From positions 68,017,872-68,081,871 of the forward strand of contig NC_057718.1 of assembly GCF_004010195.1 (NCBI RefSeq): DNA of 64,000 bases, written 5' to 3'. Source of the stretch: Chiloscyllium plagiosum (taxonomy: Eukaryota). Numbering within the stretch: the first letter of the stretch is position 1; each line of letters opens with the position of its first letter. The translations under genes and the position numbers were made by a program. Shown here one piece after another: positions 38,741 to 50,900 of this stretch. The notes under the pieces were generated by a model. It had not been told where the DNA came from and made no database searches. It saw nothing but the letters and a program-made list of their open reading frames with translations.

Positions 38741-39898
38741 ATGCAACATAGAACATTAAAGCGCAGTACAGACCCTTCATGAAACCGCTCAGCAAATAAA
38801 GGAAAATAGATTCATAGAACATACAGCGTTACAGCACATTACAGGCCCTTTATGGAACTGCTCAGCTTCTAGAGGAAGTTAGACTAATACAACATAGAAC
38901 ATAACAGCACAGTATAGGCCCTTGTTGGAACCGCTCAGCTATTAAAGGAATATAGATTCATAGAATATACAGCATTACAGCACAGTACAGGCCCTTTTTG
39001 GTACCATTCGGATAATACTGGACATTAGACCAATACAGCATAGAACATTTCAGTGCAGTACAGCCCCTTAATGGAACTACTCGGCTAATAAAGGAAGTTA
39101 GAGTAGTAGAACATACAGCATTTCAGCGCAGTACAGGCCCTTTATGGAACCACTCGGCTCATTCCGGACATTAGACCAATACAACATAGAACATTACAGC
39201 GTAGTACAGGTCCTTTAGGGAACTGCTCAGCTAATAAAGGAATATAAAAATTCATAGAATGTAGAGAATTACAGCACAATACAGGCCCTTTATGGAACCA
39301 CTCAGCTAATACCGGACATTAGACCAATACAACATAGAACATTACAGCGCAGTACAGGTCCTTTATGGAACCACTCAGCTAATAAAGGAATATAGATTCG
39401 TGGAACGTAGAGAATTACAGCACAGTATAGGCCCTTTATGGAACCACTCTACTAATACTGGACATTAGACCAATACAACATAGAACATTACAGCGCAGTA
39501 CAGGTCCTTTATGGAACCACTCGGCTAATACTGGACATTAGACCAATACAACATAGAACATTACAGTACAGTCCAGCCCCTTGATGGGACCACTCGGCTA
39601 ATAAAGGAATATAGATTCATAGGACGTAGAGAATTACAGCACAGTGCAGGCCCTTTATGGAACCACTCTGCTAATACTGGACATTAGACCAATGCAACAT
39701 AGAACATTAAAGCGCAGTACAGGTCCTTTATGAAACAGCTCAGCAAATAAAGGAAAATAGATTCATAGAACATACGGCATTACAGTGCAGTACAGGCCCT
39801 TTATGGAACTGCTCAGCTTATAGAGGAAATTAGACTAATACAACATAGAACATAACAGCAGAGTATAGGCCCTTGTTGGAACCGCTCAGCTAATAAAG
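38741..39898. repeat. 73-bp tandem array (~16 monomers) with A/B dimer and 951-bp higher-order repeat
   Basis: ACAGGCCCTT-type anchor at 38768, 38841, 38914, 38987, 39060, 39133, 39206, 39281, 39354, 39427, 39500, 39573, 39646, 39719, 39792, 39865. Confidence 0.95.
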
Positions 39899-40999
39899 CA
39901 AACCCTGGAAATCTGAAATAGCAACAGCAATGGCTGGAAAATACCTGTCAAGGTGGTACATCATATACTGGCTCTTGATCAAAATAAGCTCCAACCACAT
40001 TAACGTTTCTTACCTTTTTCAGATGTCGATTAATCTTTGCAAATGTTTCCAAACATTCATCAACCTCTCTGAATTAATTAAACCTATTTTTTTTCCTTTT
40101 CTGAGCTTGAATCCAGTTTCGAATTTTGTCAAGGTGCTTAATGTTCTTTCTATCTATTATCATCCTGGTTCACCCTTCTTAATATCTTAATGTTAATTTG
40201 TCTTTTCCCATAGCTATGGTTGTTAACATTTAGTTTCAGTTCAGTTGCTCTTTTCCACTACTGTTTGGATCTTTGATGCCCTATATTGCTTCTAAGCTCA
40301 GAAAAAGGAGAAAGGTTGGTACCAGAAAGGCCTTCCAGCTGCAAAACCTTATGATGTGCCCTGAATGACGTGCTGTTCATGGAACCCAAACTCCTGTAGG
40401 GCATCCCGTTCAGGTGATGCTCAGGACCAGTGTCTAGGCCCTGTTAAATTTGGCAAGGGTACAGAAGAAGGAGCAGGGTCACCAAACATAGGTTTGGTAG
40501 TTGTGGTTAGTTTTATTGTTGATGATTTAATAATGTTAATCTGACCACAAGATCCAGTGAGCTGGTAGACCTGATGAAGAGAAGGTCATCCCAAGTTTGC
40601 AGTGTCCAAGAAATAATGTGGACAGGAGGGAAATTGCAGAGCAAGTGCCAGTTATAAGACCTTTTACAGCAGCAGAAAAATCAGAGAACGAATGGAGTCC
40701 AAATCATCTTGGCACTGACTGAAGACCAACATGATCCATGCAAACAGGACGAGCAATCTGGTAATGTGCCTGTATGTGTGTGGCAATGGAGCTTCCTCTT
40801 CCTCTATGCCCCCCCCCCCCCCCAAGTGGCTACTCATGAGATGAGAGAGCAAGCTGCTGGAAGACTGTGGAAGAATTTCTCTGCACAATCAATCACCCTT
40901 ATCGAGGACTCTATGACTCAATGGCCATGGCATTGTAGCCAGGTCAGAATATGAGAGAGTGCACAGTGATTAGGTTACGCGAGAGTATGCAGTGGTCTT

Positions 41000-41650
41000 A
41001 TGTTAGCAACAATGAACTGTGAAGGTATACAAAATATCCTGTGTTTTGCTACTGCATTTAGCCTCGTGATTGTGACCACCTTTTTCAAGAAAAGAAAATC
41101 CCACTTGGCCACCTATTAAAGTTGAGACAGAGGTTCCCCAGCGGATCCTTACTATAGTGGGAAAGAGATTGGAATACCATGGTAAGTGTAAGCTGATGCC
41201 CAGTTTAATGCCAACACCACTCATCATGGACTTGCTGATTCTAGCAGAGTGAGGCTAGACTTAGAAGCATACGGGAAATCAAGTGGTGCCGACTAACTGA
41301 GTATCTTGAGAGGCAGAGTTTGTTCAAGGTAAGAATGAATAAGGCATTGGGAGCCAAACTACCAGTAGGTCCTGACACCCTGAAGATGTAGATTACATGA
41401 AATAGAGACAAGATGTTGCCAGATGCATTCACAAGTACAGAAGTGATCAAAGAAAGGTGACCTTCCTGATTTGAGTTGTTAAACAATGAGCACCAAAGCA
41501 TCAAATTGGGGCAACAAAAAGGCAGCCCAAAGAACTGCTCCCCAGAGACTGACATTGGAAAAGAGCAAGTGAGAGTGCCTTTAAACCTAGTGCAAAAGGG
41601 AAAGATGCCAGCATGAAGTGATGTCCCAGTAGAGACCTGGAAAATGCTTT
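41000..41650 (+). mobile_element. Highly decayed RTE-clade LINE endonuclease region
   Basis: TFFKKRKSHLATY*S motif near 41078-41122 resembles RTE APE C-termini. Confidence 0.4.
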
Positions 41651-41725
41651 GTGACATGCACATGCCATCTGTTCAAACCAAGGAGTGTTTGCCAAATTAA
41701 TGGATAGAAAATATTCTGGTAGCGA

Positions 41726-42117
41726 TGTAGGTTTGCTCGCTGAGCTGGAAAGTTCATTTTCAGACGTTTTGTCACCATACTAGGTGACATCTTCAGTGAG
41801 CCTCCGGATGAAGCACTGCTGATGATTCCTGTCTTTCTATTTTGATGTTTGGGTTTCTTTGGGTGGGTGTTGTCATTTCCTGTCATTTACAAAATACTGT
41901 GCAAGAGCTATAACAAACAGGAAATGACATCACCCACCCAAAGAAACCCAAACATCTAAATAGAAAGCAGGAATCATCAGCAGTGCTTCTTCCGGAGGCT
42001 CACTGACGATGTTACTTAGTATGGTGATGAAATGTTTGAAAATGAATCTTCCAGCTCAGCGAGCAAACCTACGTCCAGAACCTCAACTTAAGCTACAAAT
42101 CTTCTCAAAACTCGCTA
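41726..42117. mobile_element. PLE-derived fold-back insert
   Basis: Near-TSD ATTCTGGTAGCGA / ATTCTGGTTGCAA at 41713 and 42118; ~160-bp inverted arms; decayed hammerheads on both strands. Confidence 0.85.
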
Positions 42118-42701
42118 ATTCTGGTTGCAACTTTGAGATGGTCAAGGATATGAAAGCTACTATGAGGTGACCCAGACCAACCCACACTTTCAAGGTTTGG
42201 GAACATGATCAACTCTTGCTTAAGAACAAAGATAAGAGGCCAATGATAGACAGTTTGTCTTTATGTCAAGAAGATGCACCACCCAACTCAATTTTCCCCC
42301 GTGCTAAGGTCCAAAGGACTTGCATACCAAGGAGAAATATCTGAGAATGCCAGAGAAAGGTAGGGGTGCTGAAGAAGTGTATCATCATCAACAAAGATAT
42401 GTATAGGGACTAATGGGTGTCTCCAAGAAGCAACACTAACAAATCAACATTATGGTAAAAATTGGGATCTGCCAAGGCTCAGAAATCAGTTAGAGGTCAC
42501 ACGACACCAGGTTATAGTCCAACAGGTTTATTTGAAATCTCGAGCTTTCAGAGCACTGCTCCTTTGTCTGACTTTGTCCACCCCAGTGCCACACTGGCAT
42601 CTCCACATCAGTATTCAGTGCATGAGAACAGGCTATCATCCTTCATTCAGCATTGAAGTACAGATCTACCCTTGGGCAAGTTGTATGCTGATTCCAGTAC
42701 T

Positions 42702-43417
42702 AAGTTAAAAATCACACAATACCAGGTTATAGTCCAACAGGTTAAATTGAACCTTCATCAGGTGATTGTGGAGGGCTCAATCGTAACACAGAATTTATAG
42801 CAAAACTTTGCAGTGTGATGTAACTGAAATGATACATTGAAGAATTGATTGTCTGTTAAGCCTTTCATCTGTTAGAATACAGTGATAGTTTCACTTCTTT
42901 CATGTGTAAATCACAAAACCCTTTTTTTAAAAATTGCATTCTCAGGTTAGCTGTTAACAATGGTGATAGCTAGACAATATGTTGAAGGAAGTGCAATGTA
43001 ACTCTGAAAGTACCAAAAAAATTCACCACACAAAATATATGTGTGCATGTGGGACTTTGTCTGTCTGTGTGTGTGTCTGTCTGGGGTTGAGGTTGTGAGT
43101 GTGAGAAAGTGTGTGTGTGTGTAGTGAGTGCAGAGTGTCTTAAGTCTGTGAGGGGGTGCATGTGTGGGAGTCTGTGTGTCTATAAGGGTATGTGTGGGTG
43201 TATGCGCATCTGTGTGTATCTGTGTCCGTGTGTGTGTGTAGTGCAATGGTGATCACCTGTAATGTGACATGAACCCAAGGTCCCGGTTGAGGCCCTCCCT
43301 ATGGGTACCGAACTTAGCTATCAGCCTCTGCTCGGCCACTTTCCTCTGCTGCCTGTCCTGAAGTCCACCTTGGAGGATGGTCACCCGAAGGTCCAAGGCT
43401 GAATGTCCTGGACCACT
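42702..43417 (-). mobile_element. Penelope-like element 3' portion (GIY-YIG C-terminus + CA-rich 3' UTR)
   Basis: Minus strand GHSALDLRVTILQGGLQDRQQRKVAEQRLIAKFGTHREGLNRDLGFMSHYR*; near-TSD ATTC(C/T)AGTACT at 42691 and 43418. Confidence 0.85.
43040..43242. repeat. Degenerate (TG)n microsatellite inside PLE 3' UTR
   Basis: Interrupted TG runs. Confidence 0.8.
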
Positions 43418-44084
43418 ATTCTAGTACTGTGTGAGGGTAGACCTAGAAGCAGAAGGGGGATCAAATGGTGGAGACTGAGTATCTTGAGAGACAGAGTTTG
43501 CTCAAGGTAAGAATCAATAAGGCATTAGGAGTCAAGCAATCATAAGTTCCTGACACCCTGACGATGTGGACTATGTTGAAAATATGCAAAAGCTACAGCC
43601 AAGTGTCAGCCAGTAGCAAAACAACTTTGAAAGTAGTGGGCTAAAGATGCGTGGTAGAAAAGGTCTGTGTACCTGCACTACCCCTTTGCATACTCAAATA
43701 CAGTAGCACTGTGACTGTCACTAGATCAAATGTATCAGCTGTCTGAATGTAAGTATCTGGATATGATTTAATGAGCACTGGAGGGAGAGATCATACGCTG
43801 AGTAGCTGCAGCAAGGAGTAAGGTGAAAACTGGTAGCTGGTGTCCTTTGCAATCAAAAATTGGTTCCCTGGCTAGAGGATCAGGTCTTTTCTGTGTACAG
43901 CCAACACTCTTGAATGGGCACAAAACTTGTCCTTTGAAGAAAGCATAAAAATAAAAGCTTTGACACAGCAGAGATGAAGATGTTGAAATGGATTTACCAC
44001 ATCTTAAGAAAGATGAGGCCTCAATTGAAATTATCCAGTAGAGAATCCTTGAAGGTTCATGAGAGGAGACTGTGAACATGTAGG

Positions 44085-44645
44085 CATTTTCAAAAAAGTC
44101 ACCTTAGGATGGTAGAGTAAGAAGGTTAATGGATCGCTTTCTTTTATTAATGTGGAATTAAACATAAAAGATGCTATGCTTCAGATGTATACGACACTAG
44201 TGAGAGCATATCTCAAATATGTATTTGGTCTCCTTTAAGGAAGAATGCAATTCAGAGAAACTTTTCTAGATTGAAACCTGGATTGAGATTTGAGGAAAAG
44301 TTAAACAAACTAGCCTTGTTTCCACTGGAGTGTATGGGGAGTTAATTAAGGAGTTTTCTTGTGGGTGAGTCCAGAACTACAGGAGATACTGTTTTAAGAC
44401 TTGGGAACACCAGAAATGAGGTTTTTTTTCTCTGTAATTGTTGTGTGACTTTGCAATTCTCTGCTCCAGAAAGCAGTGGAGGCATTGAATACTGTCAAGA
44501 TGAAGGTATGGAGATTTTTATTAAGCAGTGGAATCAAAGGAATAGGTGGGAATGTAGAATTCAAAACAGATCAACCATGATTTTAATGATAGATGGAGCA
44601 GGCTTGAGGGAGCAAATTAATTGCTAAGGTTCCTTGTTTGTATGT
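44085..44645 (+). mobile_element. Old CR1 3' region
   Basis: MLQMYTTLVRAYL, EEKLNKLALFPLE remnants. Confidence 0.65.
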
Positions 44646-44658
44646 TAGTAGATCTTGA

Positions 44659-44855
44659 GGGTCAGTTAGCTCAGTTGGCTGGATGGCTGGTTTGTGATGC
44701 AGAGTGACCCAATTGGCTGAAATTACCATGTAGGTGGATCCTTCTCAACCTCTCTCCTCACCTGAAACATGTTACCCTCATGTTAAACCATCAAAGATCA
44801 TCTGTCTGTAATGAGAAGACAGCATCTCTGGGACTATGCTGAATTTACCTTTTAG
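44659..44855 (+). mobile_element. tRNA-derived SINE
   Basis: GGGTCAGTTAGCTCAGTTGG A-box head. Confidence 0.6.
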
Positions 44856-46056
44856 TAGACTGTCCCAGGACATAGGAAGAGAGAAAGACCAAGAGGAGAT
44901 AGAAGGATATGGTGAGAGGATCTAGAATGGAATACCTGCCAGAGAGAGAAAGATCAAGACTGGACTAAGAGGGGTGGAGAAGAGCCAGCATGAACTGCAA
45001 CCTACCTAGTTGAAACAGAAAGAGTAAAAATTAAGTTAGGATCTCCTTGACAGATCCCATCAGGGTCTCTCCACTGTGTCTCCTTTTTAGTTACCCCGTG
45101 TGACTTCCTTTAAATTTCTTTTGTGCTTTAATTATCAGATTATGGCCAACTTAGTCTCTTTCAGGATTATTAACAGAAACATTAGCCTTCAACCTGTAAT
45201 TGTGAGCACAATTTTACATGGCACTCTGGGTTCAGCTGAGCCTGTATTACATAGAGGTTAACTATCAGCCGGTCTTTTCCAGCTGTTTAGTTAAGTATCT
45301 TATGGTCTTCAATTTGAATCTCATATGTTACTTCAGGACTGTTCCTTCATGTTCCTATAGCATTTGAAAGGCTCACAACTCCACTCTTTATTACGAGGAA
45401 CATATTTTCCCAGCAATCAAGAGGACAGATATCTAGGTATACATTTCACTGTCTATGCTTGAATGATGTAGCAAGAAATGGGGTTAGTTCCTCATAGCAT
45501 AAATGTAATCTAACGTAATTTCATAGCAAAGTCTAAGTTAATTCCATCGCTTTTCAAGAATAACCACTTCACATTCTGTTATTATAATCTGGAATTTCCA
45601 TTTTGTTGCTGCTTTCTTCCCTTTGAATTGCCATTTGAAGGACAGAGATTTTTACTTTGTGAGGTAACCTATTGGGAAAGAGACCTGGTGAGAAAGGCAC
45701 TATGCAGTTTCACAGAGATGCAACTTGTCTTAGTCTACTGGTTTGCAAAGAAATAACACTTGGATAAATTAATATGCTTAGTTTCATAGAGAAGTAACTC
45801 TTGTAAGTACTATGTTACAAATGAAATGTATTCCTATACTTGTTTCAAACAAAATGTTCTCTCCATTTTCATTTTGTTATTTTGATAGTTTCTTATTAAA
45901 CTTAACAGTTAACTTTAAGTTTAGTGACAAAAGGGGAGGAATGTTCTTTCTGATACAGCAGCAGTTGTCAGCTATTGAGCTGTGAAGCACAGATTTCTCT
46001 TTAGTCGTGTTTGACAATTTAATACAGACCACAGAACTATAACTGCCATATCTTTA

Positions 46057-46240
46057 CGAAGTTAAAAGTCACACAACACCAGGTTATAGTCCAACAGGTT
46101 TAATTGGAAGCACACTAGCTTTCGGAGCAATGCTCCTTCATCAGGAGCGTCGCTCCGAAAGCTAGTGTGCTTCCAATATAACCTGGTGTTGTGTGACTTT
46201 TAACTTTGTACACCCCAGTCCAACACCGGCATCTCCAAAT
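46057..46240. mobile_element. PLE-derived fold-back mini-insert with intact hammerhead core (minus 46116-46144)
   Basis: GTTAAAAGTCACACAACACCAGGTTATA / TATAACCTGGTGTTGTGTGACTTTTAAC arms; CTGATGA-A-GGAGC-ATT-GCTCC-GAAAGCTA; near-TSD CATAT(C/A)TTTA. Confidence 0.85.
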
Positions 46241-46299
46241 CATATATTTATTATGTATTAATACATGGCCTGGAATTTATTCTAAACCAGTTACTCATT

Positions 46300-46465
46300 A
46301 ACAGGAATTCCCTCCTTAAGAGCATTGTCGGCCTCTCTACAGCAAGTGGACGGCAGTGGTTCAAGAAGGCATCTTACCACCATCTTCTCAAGGGCAACTA
46401 GAGATGGGCAATAAATGCTGGGCAACCAGGGATGCCCACATCCCATAAGTAATTTTTTTAAAAAA
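46300..46465 (+). mobile_element. CR1/L2-group LINE 3' end
   Basis: GGAATTCCCTCC...GCAGTGGTTCAAGAAGGCA...CTTCTCAAGGGCAACTAG..GGGCAATAAATGCTGG. Confidence 0.6.
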
Positions 46466-47149
46466 GCATATTTGATATGAGTTAATTACCATAATCTCAA
46501 CCCATGGTTTCTTAGTGCCTTGAAGCACACTACATATTAATCTTTAGTACTTTTTTCTGTTTCTAGTGATCATCTTCCTGACTGCCGTTACAGTATATTC
46601 TTAACTGTCTGCAGAAATTGATCACTTAACTGTTGTTCTTAAACTGGAATTTAACTGGCAAGAACGCTAGGAGCATGCAAGAATTATTTGACTTAACATG
46701 CCTGTATATTGAAATTATTTTGGTTATTACAAATCTTGCAGCAATATAGGAACACGGCAGACTCTTCTGGCTTGTTACCCCTTTCAATTAGATCAGGTTG
46801 ATCATCTACTCCAACCCTGTTTTTGCATGCTATTTCCATTTCCCTTGATGTCGTTGATGTCCATGATTTGGGGCCTCTGGGGTAAAGAATTCCAAGGAGT
46901 CACCACCCTCAGAGGATGGACTCATAGGATGCTTTTTGGTATTGATTCTCTTTTCTTGCTCATTTTTTCACAGGGCTGGGGGAGGAACTAGAAGGTACAA
47001 TTTAAGTATAGAGTATTAAGATGGAGATAGAGACATAGAGATCTATAGCATAAAAAAAACTTTTAGCTCACCGTGTCTGCAGTGGTCAAAAACAACCTCC
47101 ATTCTAATCCTATTTTCTAGCACTTGGCCCATAGTCTTGTATGCTTTCT

Positions 47150-47530
47150 GAGAGGGATACAGTGAAAAGTGTTGTTTTGTGAGATATTCAGGCAGATCAT
47201 ACCATACAATGTGCATCAGGGTAACAGAACAGAGTGCAGAATACAGTGTTACATGCACAGAGAAGGTACCGAGAGAGAGGTCAGAATTAATATTTGAGAG
47301 GTCCATTCAGAAGCCTAATAACTGCAAGGACGAAGTTGTTCTCTTATCTGTTCATATGCGTATTCAAACTTTTATATCTTCTGCCCAATGGAATGGAATA
47401 ATGCAGAAGAGAGTATAACCGGGGTGGGAAGGGGTCTTTGATGATAGTTGCTTTCCCAAGACAGTGGAAAGTATAGATGGAGTCAGTAGTTGGAAGGCTG
47501 GTTTGCGCGATGGACTGAGCTGTGTACACA
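47150..47530 (-). mobile_element. Rex/Babar LINE 3' end
   Basis: AQSIAQTSLPTTDSIYTFHCLGKATIIKDP...GRRYKSLNTH, typical Rex1 C-terminus. Confidence 0.7.
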
Positions 47531-47934
47531 GTAATGATATTAGATTTATCTATTTTAAACAATCATGGAATAAGAGCATAGCATCTCATTATTCTAGACT
47601 TGCACATTTCTGAATTAAAATCTCTTGAAGCACAAAGTTGGTTGACTGACTAAGAGAAAGGGTATTGTTTGGAAAGGGCAACTCCAAGATAGGTTCACTG
47701 TGAAAATAAAAAAAGGGATAGCAAAGATCAGTGTGGTAAGAGGCCTGGCCCAAATTAATTCAAGAGAAAAATTAGCAAAGTCAAAAACCATATGATGTTA
47801 ATCAGAAATAGAAACAAATGTATGAAATGCACGCTCAGCATCTATGGAGGGAGAAATAGCTAACTTTGCAGATCAATTTACCTTTCTGGAAAGAGGTTTT
47901 GTTTCTCAACGATGTTGTCAAATCTAGTGAAAGA

Positions 47935-50900
47935 ATATTATAAGATTCTGAAAGGGGAGGGAGAACAGCCAGAAATTGTGTTACATATTGGCACCAATGA
48001 TATAGCCAGGAAAAGGATTGAGAATATAAAAGGTGATTTCAGGGAGTTAGGGTGGAAGCTGCAGAGCAGGACGAACACAGTAGTGTTCTCGGGTTTACTA
48101 CTGACGCTACGAGATAGCAAGGTGAGGAACAGGGAGTAGGCGCAGCTTAACACGTGGCTGCGCAGCTGGTGTAGGAGGGAGGGCTTCAGATATGTAGATA
48201 ATTGGCATGCCTTCTGGGGAAGGTGGGACCTGTGCAAGAAGGACGGGTTGCACCTGAACTGGAAAGGGACCAATGTCCTGGGTGGAAGATTTGCTCGAGT
48301 TGTTCAGGAGGGTTTAAACTAGTATGGCAGCGGGGTGGGAACCTGAGCTCTATGCTGGTGGTGAGAGTTGATGGAGATGAGGCAATAGCAAGAGGTAGCA
48401 CAGCCAGTGGGAAGGAATTTCCTAGGAAAGAACTAAGGGATCATTAAAGTGTGTTTGCTTTAATGCAAGGAGTATCATGAATAAAAGTGATGAGTTTAGA
48501 GCATGGATCAGTACCTGGTGCTATGATGTTGTGGCCATAACAGAGACGTGGGTTTCTCAGGGGCAGGAATTGTTGCTGGATGTTCCAGGGTTTAGAACAT
48601 TTAAAAAGAACAGGGAGGGGGGAACAAAGAGGAGGGGTGTAGCACTGCTTATCAGAGAGAGTATCACAGCTACAGAAGTTACCATTGTAGAGGAGGGTCT
48701 GCCTACTGAGTCAGTATGGGTGGAAATTATGAACACTAAGGGAGCAGTCACCTGTCTCAGAGGAACACATTTGTGCATCACTGCAACAGGCCCCTCCAGT
48801 AGCAGCAGGGAGTTTGAAGAAAGCATAGGTCGGCAGATTTTGGAAAAGTGTGAATGTAGTAGGGTTGTTGTAATGGGTGACTTTAACTTTCCGAATATTG
48901 ATTGGAACCTCCTTCGAGCAGATGATTTGGAAGGAGCTGTTTTTGTAAGGTGTGTTCAGGAGGGTTTCCTAACTCAGTACGTTGACAGGCCGACGAGGGG
49001 AGAGGCCATTTTGGATTTGGTGCTCGGCAACGAGCCGGGGCAGGTGTCAGATCTTGCGGTGGGAGAGCATTTTGGTGATAGTGACCACAACTGCCTCACA
49101 TTCTACATAGCTATGGAGAAGGAGAGAAGCAGGTACAATGGGAGGATATTTAATTGGGGAAAAGGAAACTATGATACTATCAGACGTGAGTTGGGAAGCA
49201 TGGACTGGCAGCAATTGTTCCATGGAAAGGGCACTATAGACATGTGGAGACTGTTTAAGAAACAGTTGTTGCGAGTGATGCACAAATGTGTTCCTCTGAG
49301 ACAGGCAAGAAGGGGTCAGATAAAGGAACCTTGGATGACGAGAGCGGAGGAGCTTCTCGTCAAAAGAAAAAAGGCAGCTTACGTAAGGTGGAGGAAGCTA
49401 GAGTCAAGCTCAGCTCTAGAGGATTACAGGCAGGCGAGGAAGGAGCTCAAAAATGGTCTGAGGAGAGCCAAGAGGGGGCATGAGAAAGACTTGGCAGGAA
49501 GGATTAGGGAGAATCCAAAGGCATTTTACACATGTGTGAGGAATAAGAGAATGATCAAAGAAAGAGTAGGACTGATTATGAATAGCATAGCGAACTTGTG
49601 TATAAGTCTGAGGAGGTAGGGGAAGCCCTAAATGAGTTTTTGCTTCTGTCTTTACTGAAGAAAAGGGCCTTGTAGTGAATTAAACCATTGAGGAGCAGGT
49701 AAACATGCTGGAACAGATAGAGATTGAGGAAGCTAATGTGCTGAAAATTTTGACAAACATTAAGATTGACAAGTCGCCAGGGCCAGACCAGATTTGTCCT
49801 CGGCTGCTTTATAAAGCGAGAAATGTGATTGCTTCACCGCTTGCAAAGATCTTTGCATCCTCGCTCTCCACCAGAGTTGTACCAGAGGACTGAAGGGAGG
49901 CAAATGTAATTCCTCTCTTCAAGAAAGGAAATAGGGAAATCCCCAGCAATTACAGACCAGTCAGTCTCACGTCTGTCGTCTGCAAGGTGTTAGAAAGGAT
50001 TCTGAGAGATAGGATTTATGACAATCTGGAAGAGCATGGCTTGATTAAAGGCAGTCAGCACGGCTTTGTGAGGGGCAGGTCATGCCTCACAAATCTTATT
50101 GAGTTCTTTGAGGATATTACTAGACGAGTTGATGAGGGTTGAGCGGTGGATGTGGTGTATTTGGACTTCAGTAAGGCATTTGATAAGGTTCCCCATGGTA
50201 GGCTTAGTCAGGAGGAATGGGATACAGGGAAATTTAACTGTCTGGATACAGAATTGGCTGGTCGACAGAAGACAGCGAATGGTAGTGGAAGGAAAATATT
50301 CTGCCTGGAAGTCAGTGGTGAGTGGTGTTCCACAGGGCTCTGTTCTTGGGCCTCTACTGTGTGTAATTTTTATTAATGACTTGGATGAGGGGATTGAAGG
50401 ATGGGTCAGCAAGTTTGCAGACGACACAAAGGTTGGAGGTGTCGTTGACAGTAAGAAGGGCTTATGCCCGAAACGTCGATTCTCCTGTTCCCTGGATGCT
50501 GCCTGACCTGCTGCGCTTCTCCAGCAACACATTTTCAGCTCGTTGACAGTATAGAGGACTGTTGTAGGCTGCAGCAGGACATTGACAGGATGCAGAGATG
50601 GGCTGAGAGGTGGCAGATGGAGTTCAACCTGGATAAATGCGGAGTGATGCATTTTGGAAGGTCGAACTTGAAAGTTGAGTACAGGATTAAAGACAAGATT
50701 CTTGCAGTGTGGAGGAACAGTGGGATCTTGGTGTGCAGGTACATAGATCCCTTAAAATTGCCACTCAGGTGGACAGGGTTGTTAAGAAAGCATATGGTGT
50801 TTTGGCTTTCATTAACAGGGGGATTGAGTTTAAGAGCCATGAGATCTTGTTGCAGCTCTATAAAACTTTGGTTAGACCGCACTTGGAATACTGTGTCCAG

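Noticed and set aside
38741..39898. CRISPR-like repeat-spacer array
   Set aside because: The 'spacers' are only two recurring variants, the period is a fixed 73 bp, there are no cas genes, and the context is a vertebrate intron
42947..43246. His/Thr-rich ORFs
   Set aside because: Translation of a degenerate (CA)n microsatellite
48477..49619. 380-aa ORF as a host gene or active retrotransposon
   Set aside because: It is the CR1 APE domain; the downstream RT has stops, frameshifts and an insertion
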